This document shows positions 1 to 7,548 of a stretch of 8,315 bases of DNA, piece by piece; positions within the stretch are counted from its first letter, which is position 1; each line of letters starts with the position of its first letter. The stretch lies in NCBI GenBank assembly GCA_005191425.1, contig SUPR01000125.1, forward strand, positions 1-8,315, in the 5' to 3' direction. This DNA is from Candidatus Helarchaeota ASGARD archaeon Hel_GB_B (GTDB taxonomy: Archaea > Asgardarchaeota > Lokiarchaeia > Helarchaeales > HEL-GB-B). The translations under genes and the position numbers were made by a program. The notes under the pieces were generated by a model that saw only the letters and a program-made list of their open reading frames with translations, was not told where the DNA came from and ran no database searches.

Positions 1-2
1 TT

Positions 3-59
3 AATTTAAATAAACTCTCTATAGCAGAATCATTAAGAGAAATTTTAAAGTCAAAATAG
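3..59 (+). CDS. Possible 3' end of an upstream gene (NLNKLSIAESLREILKSK*), partial
   Basis: The frame is open from the window edge to TAG at 57-59 and reads like an amphipathic C-terminal helix. It is too short to identify. Confidence 0.3.
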   Translation, partial: NLNKLSIAESLREILKSK

Positions 60-207
60 CGTTTTAAATTAAACTTTAAAAGATATTTTGAAATTACTAG
101 AATGTAAAAGTGTAATATAGGTAATAATAATGTTAATAGTTAGACGAGTTAAAAATTGTATCTGGTATGTTAACGAAATTCCCTTGGACATAAATTCTAT
201 AGATACT

Positions 208-213
208 GGAGGA
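208..213 (+). promoter_or_regulatory. Shine-Dalgarno site (GGAGGA) for the GT4 gene
   Basis: GGAGGA lies 7 nt upstream of an in-frame CTG (221) that begins a canonical GT4 N-terminal strand (L/M-KILLVP). Confidence 0.65.
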
Positions 214-220
214 AGATAAA

Positions 221-1402
221 CTGAAAATTCTTCTTGTCCCTGAGTTAGATTGGATGGCCTCACTTCGAAATAGAGTCCAAAAAATATTTAATAGACTCTC
301 AAAAAACAATTTAATTTATGTAATTTATTTTGAGCATGAAAAAAAGGGAATTAATAAATCATTTCAATTAAAGAAAAATCTATATTTGTGTAAACCTCCA
401 ACATTTTTCGTAAAAAATAAGTTAATTTTTTACATTTTAAATGGAATTTCATTCTTTAATTATATTAATAAGATGATTAAAAAATATAAAATCGATATAT
501 TAGTTTCTACTAATTTTTTATTTTCCCCATTATTAAGTTTATCGGCTAGGATCAATAAAATCCCTTTTGTCTTTGATTTAGTTGATTATCAGCCTTATCA
601 TATTTATTATATGACTTTTTTACCTCTTTTAGTTAGAAAAATTGGAATTTATTTTTTGTCTTATCTTTTAGATTATGATATTTTTCATGCTGACTATATT
701 ATAACAACAGGAATTCCTTTATATAAATATGCAAAACGAATAAAATCATCAAAAGTAAAAATAATTTCAAACGGAGTTGATCTTAAATTATTTAATCCTG
801 CAGTTAATGGGACAAATATTAAGAAAAAATACAATCTTAATGAGTTGACTTTATGTTTTATAGGTGCATTGGAATATTGGATTGATTATGACTATCTATT
901 TGAAAGCTTAGCTTTAATCAGAAAAGATTATCCTACAGCCAAATTAGTATTGATAGGTCCATCTATTTATTATGGTTTTAATAAGATTAAAAATATAGCT
1001 AAAAGATATAATGTAGAGAAAAACCTGATTTTTACGAAATGTATTTCTTATAATTTGCTACCAGCGTATATAAAAGCATGTGATATTTGTTTAATGCCAT
1101 TTACTAGGAATTATCTGACTGAATGCGCAATTCCCATGAAAATATTTGAATATTTAGCGTGTAGAAAACCGGTCATATCTGTCTCATTAGCAGGTATTAA
1201 ATCTATATTTAAAGATGCTATTTTCTATGCGGATACACCAAAAGAATTGAAAAATGTAATAAAATCAATTTTAACAAATAGTAAAGAATATGAAAATAAA
1301 ATAAATAAAAGCAAATTAATTATTGAAAAATATACTTGGGACGATCTTTCTCTTCAATTTGAAGAAGTTTTCAAGTCCCTTGTTTTAAATTCTAATAATT
1401 AA
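221..1402 (+). CDS. GT-B fold glycosyltransferase, family GT4 (about 393 aa; probable CTG start, extended from the ORF-track ATG at 254)
   Basis: Motifs include ISNGVD, LCFIGAL, DICLMPF and IPMKIFEYLACRKPVIS, typical of the GT4 C-terminal nucleotide-sugar-binding domain. The frame is open upstream of ATG 254 to TAG 200-202. Starting at CTG 221 adds (M)KILLVPELDW, the usual first beta-strand of GT4 enzymes. Confidence 0.9.
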   Translation: MKILLVPELDWMASLRNRVQKIFNRLSKNNLIYVIYFEHEKKGINKSFQLKKNLYLCKPPTFFVKNKLIFYILNGISFFNYINKMIKKYKIDILVSTNFLFSPLLSLSARINKIPFVFDLVDYQPYHIYYMTFLPLLVRKIGIYFLSYLLDYDIFHADYIITTGIPLYKYAKRIKSSKVKIISNGVDLKLFNPAVNGTNIKKKYNLNELTLCFIGALEYWIDYDYLFESLALIRKDYPTAKLVLIGPSIYYGFNKIKNIAKRYNVEKNLIFTKCISYNLLPAYIKACDICLMPFTRNYLTECAIPMKIFEYLACRKPVISVSLAGIKSIFKDAIFYADTPKELKNVIKSILTNSKEYENKINKSKLIIEKYTWDDLSLQFEEVFKSLVLNSNN

Positions 1403-2861
1403 ACTTATTTTGATATTTTTCATATAAGCTGTTAATTTTTCGAGAATAAATTCTAAAGAACTTTTTTAATAAGGAATTAAAATTAATATATCCATAAAAT
1501 GTGTAATATAATATCATACTCAAAAGAATAAAAGGTGTAAAATATCGCTGAACAAATAAAATACTTATTGAAAAAATATAATATATTCCTACTGAAATTA
1601 GATCTGTAATTACTTCTGTTGCATTTCGTCTCCAATTATCCCATTTGTTATTTTTTAAATTTTTCATAATGAAAATACTCATTAATGGCACAAACAAAAC
1701 GGTATAATATTTGTAAAATCCACGAGGATAAAATAATGTCATTGAAATCAATAATATCAAGGTAATTATTAATGTATTTTCATTATATGATTCGTTTCGT
1801 TTAACAAAAAACGAATATATACAACAAATTATAACTGTACTTGATATTAAAAATATATAATATTCCAATAAATACTTAAAACTAAGTAAAAAATTAGTTC
1901 CAAAATGCATCGCTATAAAAGGTACTACAAAATCAACCGGTGTTTGATAAGCGGGCAAATTTAGGTCAAATTCAATATTTCCAATTGTAAATATGTGGTA
2001 CAAGTAATCAGGAAAATCTGGATATATTGGAAGTATATATGGCATAGATAAAATGCTTATAGGTAATATAAAGACAAAAAGCGTTTTTATAAATTTCTTT
2101 AATTGTTTTAATTTTGAATAACCGTTATCTTGCATTTTTCTAGACATTCTAATTAATAGTATTGGTAAAAAAATTCCTGCAAATTGTTTACACATAATAG
2201 ACAAGCCTAAAAATAAAATTGATAAATTATATCTATCATTTATTAGAAAATATATCGAGCCAAGAAGAAAAAAAATGAAAATAGGTGGATTGAGCCAGCA
2301 ATAATCACAATAATAAAAGTTCAATGGATTTAATTCATAAATTAGACATGCAAATGTTGCAATTATAATTTTATTCCATGTTTTTTCTACAATTTTGAAT
2401 ATAAATATCCCACTTATAATATCAAATAATAAAAATTGCAATCCAACAATCCAATTCACTGATGTCCCAAACATTGAAATAATATATAGATATAAAGGGG
2501 GATATATTAAATAGGGTGTATAACTCATAAATGGATTTGGCGTATTATCCACATAAAAATAATGGGTATAAGGTAAATGCCCGGATAAAAAATATCTAAC
2601 AAAATTTAGTGTATAATATCTAAAATCGTCATAAAATTCCACATTTTGTGGCCCAAAAGCAATTTGTGAATTAATTTCTCCCATAAATGGAGTATCAAAA
2701 TTTAAATATCTAGAATAAAAAAATAGTAATTTAAATACCATTCCAATAATTAATGGGAATAAAAATAATGTAAAATAAATTAATTTATCATTTTGCCTTG
2801 GATTTTTAATACTTTTTAAGTTTATTCTAGAAATAAAATGTTTATCATTGCTTTTTATCAT
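1392..2861 (-). CDS. Multi-pass membrane GT-C fold glycosyltransferase (GT87/DUF2029, PIG-M-like), 489 aa
   Basis: There are many hydrophobic segments. An acidic first-loop motif FYDDFRYY (D78-D79) is followed by GHLPY and YPPL, and later by LNP and SIMCKQFAGIFLP. This matches the D..Y / G..PY / YPP / K..P pattern of GT87-like lipid-linked sugar transferases. Confidence 0.72.
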   Translation of the reverse strand: MIKSNDKHFISRINLKSIKNPRQNDKLIYFTLFLFPLIIGMVFKLLFFYSRYLNFDTPFMGEINSQIAFGPQNVEFYDDFRYYTLNFVRYFLSGHLPYTHYFYVDNTPNPFMSYTPYLIYPPLYLYIISMFGTSVNWIVGLQFLLFDIISGIFIFKIVEKTWNKIIIATFACLIYELNPLNFYYCDYCWLNPPIFIFFLLGSIYFLINDRYNLSILFLGLSIMCKQFAGIFLPILLIRMSRKMQDNGYSKLKQLKKFIKTLFVFILPISILSMPYILPIYPDFPDYLYHIFTIGNIEFDLNLPAYQTPVDFVVPFIAMHFGTNFLLSFKYLLEYYIFLISSTVIICCIYSFFVKRNESYNENTLIITLILLISMTLFYPRGFYKYYTVLFVPLMSIFIMKNLKNNKWDNWRRNATEVITDLISVGIYYIFSISILFVQRYFTPFILLSMILYYTFYGYINFNSLLKKFFRIYSRKINSLYEKYQNKFNY

Positions 2862-2903
2862 TCTAATTTTTCCATTTTCTAAAATTTTTATTCATTTGGT
2901 CCT

Positions 2904-3305
2904 TTAATTTTCTAATTTATTTCCACATGAAATACAAAATTTTCCATCTGGCGGATTTATTGCTCCACACTTTTTACAAATTAATTTATTGCCAGTATTT
3001 TTAGAAATAACTGAACTAATTCTCTGTTCTATTCTTTTCATTCGGGTTGTAAACCCTTCTGCAATACTGGGATTTTCTACTTTATATTCATCTAAATTAA
3101 ACTTAATATTTTCTAAAGGAATTGTTAAATTTACATGTGGACAGGAATGTTCACCACAAATAAACTCTACCATCCAAATCTTTTTTATTTTATGTTTATA
3201 TTTCCTAATAAACAACAAGTCTTTACCGCAATTTGGACATTTTGGATATTCATTATAAATGGTTTGATTTTTTTTATTTTTGTTTTTCTCCTTTTTCTTG
3301 GGCAT
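2904..3305 (-). CDS. Small double zinc-finger / zinc-ribbon protein (133 aa from ATG 3305; alternative TTG start at 3341)
   Basis: The N-terminal finger is CPNC-x23-CGEHSC and the C-terminal ribbon is CKKC-x10-CISC (zinc_ribbon_2/DZR-like). The N-terminus is Lys-rich, and AGGA lies upstream of ATG 3305. Confidence 0.75.
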   Translation of the reverse strand: MPKKKEKNKNKKNQTIYNEYPKCPNCGKDLLFIRKYKHKIKKIWMVEFICGEHSCPHVNLTIPLENIKFNLDEYKVENPSIAEGFTTRMKRIEQRISSVISKNTGNKLICKKCGAINPPDGKFCISCGNKLEN

Positions 3306-3358
3306 TGGAACTTTCCTACTAACTAGATTTTTAATAAACAAAAATATTAAGTAATAGA

Positions 3359-3368
3359 ATTTTAAATA
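3359..3368. promoter_or_regulatory. Candidate archaeal TATA box(es) in the divergent intergenic region
   Basis: TTTAAATA at 3361-3368 (+) follows purine-rich AGAA, and TTTAAAAT overlaps it on the minus strand. It lies between the divergent zinc-finger and GT-C genes. AT-richness makes a chance match likely. Confidence 0.3.
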
Positions 3369-3410
3369 TTTTCTAAAATAGTTATCAAAAGTTAAACAAA
3401 AAGAATTTCA

Positions 3411-4913
3411 ATGATAAAAAAAGTCAAAATAAAAAAATCTAGAATTATACTATTGTTTATAATATTAATTGGCCTAGTTTCTCGTTTAATGTCTTTTATA
3501 ATAGGACCTGTATTATTATCTAATTTAAACTCCAATATTTTTCCAGATGAAGCAAGTTTTCTTGTTTATGCAAAATATTTATTAATTGGTGAGACTCCCC
3601 CAATCCCGATTTCCTATCATGGTAGTATTATAATTTCAAGTTTAATTGCATTATTTTATTCAGTTTTTGGTGTACAAGTCATAGTAGGTCGCTTGATTTC
3701 AGTAATTTTTGGGACTTTAACTATTGGAGTAGTCTATTATTTTTCAAGGGAATTATTTAATAATGAAAAAGTCGCAATATTATCCGCACTATTTATCTCC
3801 ATTTCAGCAGTATTGCGGTTTTGGGATATTAGAGCTCTATCTGATGGACCGCTGACATTCTTTTTTGTTTTATCAATGTTTCTTTTTTTTAAAGGTCTGA
3901 AATCAGAAAAAATCAAATTTTTTATCTTAGCTGGTATTTCATCGGTCATTGCTTTTTTAGTAAAATATCCTGGATTTTTAGTTTTAATTATTATGAGTAT
4001 ATACTTCTTAATTATAATTTTAAAACGAGATATACGCACTAAAAAAAGAAAAATTTTCGTCAATTTTAGCATTACAATTATAACTTTTTCGGTCAGTATT
4101 ATTTTTCTTTTATTAAGTCAATTTGCAATAAAATATCAACCATTTTTACAGATTGGTGCTTATATTCAAGGATTAGTATTTCAAAATACCAATTTTTTAT
4201 ATTATATTTTATATCTCTTATCTTTAAATACAGTTTATGGAATTTTAATGATAATTTTTTTGAGTTTTATAATTATTTATTCTATTATTAAATTAAATTA
4301 TGGAATTCTTTTATTATTGATTTGGAGTATCGTTGTATTTATATTTTTTTCATTATATGGCCCATCAGAATTGTATAGATATCTACTCCCTGCATTCCCT
4401 GCTTTATATATGTTAATTTCATATTTCTTTATCACTACAATAAGTCCAAACTTGAAAATTTTTAGGACACATAATAATTGGTTCAAAAAAAGCATAGTAC
4501 TATTATTAATAATGTCTTTAATTTCATTTATCAGTTTAGAAATTACATTTGGTGAATATATAATAGTAAAAAGGTCGAACACATATAAAGGAGTTTACAA
4601 TTGTAGCAATTGGTTATTTTCTAATGCATATCCAGAATCAAATATAATGGCTCCATCAAATGCTTTATCTCAATTAGAATTTTATACTTCAAGTAATTAT
4701 AATTATTATACGCTCTCTAGTGCTGATAGTTGGAGTGATATTGTAATGGATCTTAGAAACAATCATATAAACTATGTAATTATCTCAGTACTACAATATC
4801 CTGAAACGCAAAACTTACCGATTTGTACTTTACTTCCATTACATTTAACTCCGATTTATAATTCTACTGATGGTGATTTTATTACATATATTTATAACAC
4901 AACAGGAATATAA
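3411..4913 (+). CDS. Membrane GT-C glycosyltransferase, ArnT/PMT-like (PMT_2; GT83/GT39-like), 500 aa
   Basis: One N-terminal TM is followed by the DE motif (FPDEASFL, D46-E47). Further motifs are GRLISVIFG, ALFISISAV...DGPLTFF, FLVKYPG and YRYLLPAFP. There are about 11-12 hydrophobic segments and a soluble C-terminal domain. Confidence 0.8.
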   Translation: MIKKVKIKKSRIILLFIILIGLVSRLMSFIIGPVLLSNLNSNIFPDEASFLVYAKYLLIGETPPIPISYHGSIIISSLIALFYSVFGVQVIVGRLISVIFGTLTIGVVYYFSRELFNNEKVAILSALFISISAVLRFWDIRALSDGPLTFFFVLSMFLFFKGLKSEKIKFFILAGISSVIAFLVKYPGFLVLIIMSIYFLIIILKRDIRTKKRKIFVNFSITIITFSVSIIFLLLSQFAIKYQPFLQIGAYIQGLVFQNTNFLYYILYLLSLNTVYGILMIIFLSFIIIYSIIKLNYGILLLLIWSIVVFIFFSLYGPSELYRYLLPAFPALYMLISYFFITTISPNLKIFRTHNNWFKKSIVLLLIMSLISFISLEITFGEYIIVKRSNTYKGVYNCSNWLFSNAYPESNIMAPSNALSQLEFYTSSNYNYYTLSSADSWSDIVMDLRNNHINYVIISVLQYPETQNLPICTLLPLHLTPIYNSTDGDFITYIYNTTGI

Positions 4914-4917
4914 ATAA

Positions 4918-5751
4918 ATGGAAAAAGAATTAGAAAATAAAATTAAAAAGATCTATTCAATCTTTAATGGTAAAAAAGTAGTTGTAGCTTTTTCAGGTGG
5001 AGTTGACAGCACTATTATTGCATTCCTTGCAAAAAAATCTGCTAAGAAAGTTATTTGTTGTACTTTTTATAACCCAATTTTTCTAAAAGAAGACTTAATT
5101 ATCGCCAAAAAAATGGCAAAAGAAATTGATATTGACCATAAAATAATAGAAGTAAATAACTTTCCTGAAGTTCTTTTTCAGAAAAATCCAAGGAACAGGT
5201 GTTATATTTGTAAAAAAACTTTAATGAAACATTTAATTGCCTTTAAAAACAAAAGTGGATTTGATATAATAGTCGATGGAACTAATCTTGATGATTTAAA
5301 AGAGTATCGCCCAGGTATTACTGCTCTTAAAGAGTTAAATATAATGTCACCATTTATTTTAGAGAAAATAACGAAAAAAGAAATCAGAAAAATTGGTAAT
5401 TTTTTTAAAATCAGTAATTATAATTCTCCAAATACTACATGTCTGCTGTCTAGAATTCCTTATAATGAAGAAATTACTATTGAAAAACTTGAAATGATAA
5501 AAAAGAGCGAAGATTTTTTAAAAAGAATGTTAAAAACAGATGTGGTACGGGTTAGGCATTATGAGTTAAGTAATAAAATTTATTTAGCTAGAATTGAATT
5601 GGAAAAGGAAAAAATTATCGAATTATTTGAAGGACCAGAACTAGATATACAAAAAATTATAAATGAACTTAAAAAACTTGGCTATACTTACCTTACAATT
5701 GACCTCGAAGGCTATCGGTCTGGCTCAATGGACCAAAATGCTATGGGATAA
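4918..5751 (+). CDS. larE: ATP-dependent sulfur insertase, LarE family (PP-loop), with three conserved Cys ([4Fe-4S]-type)
   Basis: Motifs are the PP-loop AFSGGVDS, NRCYICK, DGTNLDD..YRPG, SPF, CLLSRIPY, VRVRH and TIDLEGYRSGSM, the complete LarE signature set. Confidence 0.9.
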   Translation: MEKELENKIKKIYSIFNGKKVVVAFSGGVDSTIIAFLAKKSAKKVICCTFYNPIFLKEDLIIAKKMAKEIDIDHKIIEVNNFPEVLFQKNPRNRCYICKKTLMKHLIAFKNKSGFDIIVDGTNLDDLKEYRPGITALKELNIMSPFILEKITKKEIRKIGNFFKISNYNSPNTTCLLSRIPYNEEITIEKLEMIKKSEDFLKRMLKTDVVRVRHYELSNKIYLARIELEKEKIIELFEGPELDIQKIINELKKLGYTYLTIDLEGYRSGSMDQNAMG

Positions 5752-5760
5752 TATTATCAT

Positions 5761-6411
5761 TTATTCATGTCTTAAATTAAAAGGTCTTCCCTCTTCTAAT
5801 ACCTCTTTTGAAATTAAATCTTTCCACTTGTTTAAAAATTTGATTTCATCTTTTTTTACACGTAAATTATCGGGCAACATCTGTGGTATTGCTTCGGAAA
5901 TAGGGTACCATCTTTTACAATTATCACAAATCATTATACCATCTTGAATTTCAGCTCTCTGAAAATACCAATTTAATAGATATATATTTGTTATCTGTCC
6001 CTCAATAAAATTTTTTACTTTATTTTCATCAGTGATATTTACTACATTTAGAAAATTGTTGTAAATGTCAATTACTTTATTATGAATATCTTTTGGATAA
6101 CCTTCAGTCAAAATCTCAATGTATTCCAGATTTTTAAGAATTTCAACAGCCTTATCGATATATTCTTTAAATTTTAATTGATAGCGCACTAAATCATCTT
6201 GAATCGTATCATCTTTAATAATAACACAATCTTCGGCCTTATCTTTTTTCCTAACAATTTTGGTCAAATTTTTTAAAATTTTAATGTCTTTAAGTCCTTC
6301 TATAGCCTTTTTAAATGTTTCATCTGGAGTTTCCCAGCTGAATACTTGAAGTCTTATTGGCCAATGCTTGCATATCGGGCATGCAAGTAAATCTAATAAT
6401 CCTAGCTTCAT
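5761..6411 (-). CDS. trm112: Trm112-family methyltransferase activator with a large internal insertion (216 aa from ATG 6411; 218 aa from ATG 6417)
   Basis: The N-terminus MKLGLLDLLACPICKHWP and the C-terminal half EIQDGIMICDNCKRWYPISEAIPQMLPD form the split Trm112 zinc knuckle. The tail FLNKWKD...EGRPFNL resembles long archaeal Trm112 proteins. Confidence 0.88.
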   Translation of the reverse strand: MKLGLLDLLACPICKHWPIRLQVFSWETPDETFKKAIEGLKDIKILKNLTKIVRKKDKAEDCVIIKDDTIQDDLVRYQLKFKEYIDKAVEILKNLEYIEILTEGYPKDIHNKVIDIYNNFLNVVNITDENKVKNFIEGQITNIYLLNWYFQRAEIQDGIMICDNCKRWYPISEAIPQMLPDNLRVKKDEIKFLNKWKDLISKEVLEEGRPFNLRHE

Positions 6412-6495
6412 AATCATCCCATAAAAAAATTATATATTTTTATTTTTTTCATTTTGATTTAAAATTTTATTCTATTTAATAAATCTAACTTTTTA

Positions 6496-7548
6496 TCAAA
6501 ATAGACTAACATGTTCAAAAATCATCTTCGCTAAACCGACTGCACCTGTTATCATGTGATCACCAAATGGTGCCCCTAAAATATATTTTAATTGAGTATT
6601 TCTTATAATTGATCTTCTTGGCCCCGTAACTATCAACTCAAAATCTTTATTTAGACCTCGGTTTACAAATGCTCCGTGTCCTTTTTCTTTAATTACTTCT
6701 TCATTAGTTAAAGTCCCATTAATCAATTTTTTAATTGCCCATTCCAGTCTAGAAACAGTGATTGATTTTGTATGATATTCAAAATATCCTAAAATTTTAT
6801 TATTATCAATAGAAAACGCACATGTATGCCCATTTCCGATGTCCATAGCAACTATTTTATCAAATTTCAAATTTGGATGGTAAAGACATCCTTTCATCGC
6901 AGAAATGGATGTATCTGAGACAAAAACAGGGGTCGCAGTTTTTTGATATACATATTTTGCTATTGAGTTTGATCGTGATAAAAATTTCGGGATTTTATTA
7001 TATGGAAAAAGAAATTTATCAAATTCAGGAGACTTTTTTAAAATATTAATGATCCATTCTCTTCTAAAATTCTTGGTCTTTATAGATGGGTCTGGTACTC
7101 CATGGTCTTGAACCGCAATCCCAATATAATCAAAATCCAAACTTAACCCAAACTTCTTAAAAATCTTAAAAAAATAATCTATTTCCACATCTGTAAGAAA
7201 TAGTTCTTCATTTTTCTCGGAATTTTTAAGTTTTAACTTTTCTTTATCATTAATTATATGTATTCCTTTCTCCAGAACATAATTTCTATCATACTTAATA
7301 GTCTTCCAAACAGTATCTGACATATAAACTTTAAATCCTTTTTTAATATGTTCAAATATTGCAGAACTTATTGGGAAACCACCCATTTCTATTCCATCAA
7401 TAAACAAATTTTCTTTTGATTTCTTGATTTTTTTTGTAAAATACTGACAAGGCGAAGGTAATACTAATTTGAAAATATTGACTTCATTTGTATCCCAAAT
7501 TAGGACGTCTATAGTACCTACCCCAACATCAAATGTAAGTATTCGCAT
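6496..7548 (-). CDS. DUF1786 family protein (ASKHA/actin-like fold, function unknown), about 350 aa from ATG 7548 (alternative TTG 7560)
   Basis: Motifs are ILTFDVGVGTIDV, KLVLPSP, AVQDHG, SDTSISAMKG, MDIGNGHT, FEYHT, GHGA, TGPRR and APFGDHMITGAVGL, matching DUF1786 as I recall it. DxGxGT and DxGNGHT look like ASKHA phosphate loops. Confidence 0.82.
   Translation of the reverse strand: MRILTFDVGVGTIDVLIWDTNEVNIFKLVLPSPCQYFTKKIKKSKENLFIDGIEMGGFPISSAIFEHIKKGFKVYMSDTVWKTIKYDRNYVLEKGIHIINDKEKLKLKNSEKNEELFLTDVEIDYFFKIFKKFGLSLDFDYIGIAVQDHGVPDPSIKTKNFRREWIINILKKSPEFDKFLFPYNKIPKFLSRSNSIAKYVYQKTATPVFVSDTSISAMKGCLYHPNLKFDKIVAMDIGNGHTCAFSIDNNKILGYFEYHTKSITVSRLEWAIKKLINGTLTNEEVIKEKGHGAFVNRGLNKDFELIVTGPRRSIIRNTQLKYILGAPFGDHMITGAVGLAKMIFEHVSLF

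Noticed and set aside
254-256. ATG 254 as the GT4 start
   Set aside because: It removes the conserved-looking first beta-strand (KILLVP) and lacks an SD. CTG 221 fits better, although ATG 254 is not fully excluded.
69-263. 64-aa minus-strand ORF
   Set aside because: No recognisable motif, and it overlaps the SD and extended 5' end of the GT4 gene in antisense.
2989-3326. Plus-strand ORFs 2989-3258 and 3135-3326
   Set aside because: Antisense shadows of the zinc-finger gene, with no motifs.
3737-4582. Minus-strand ORFs 3737-4072 and 4298-4582
   Set aside because: Antisense shadows of the ArnT-like gene. Their Lys/Asn-rich composition mirrors T-rich TM codons.
5663-5947. 94-aa plus-strand ORF across the larE/trm112 junction
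   Set aside because: It overlaps two well-supported genes and has no recognisable features.
4918-6417. LarE and Trm112 as a single tRNA-modification operon
   Set aside because: The genes are convergent. The PP-loop protein has LarE-specific motifs rather than TtcA/TtuA ones.
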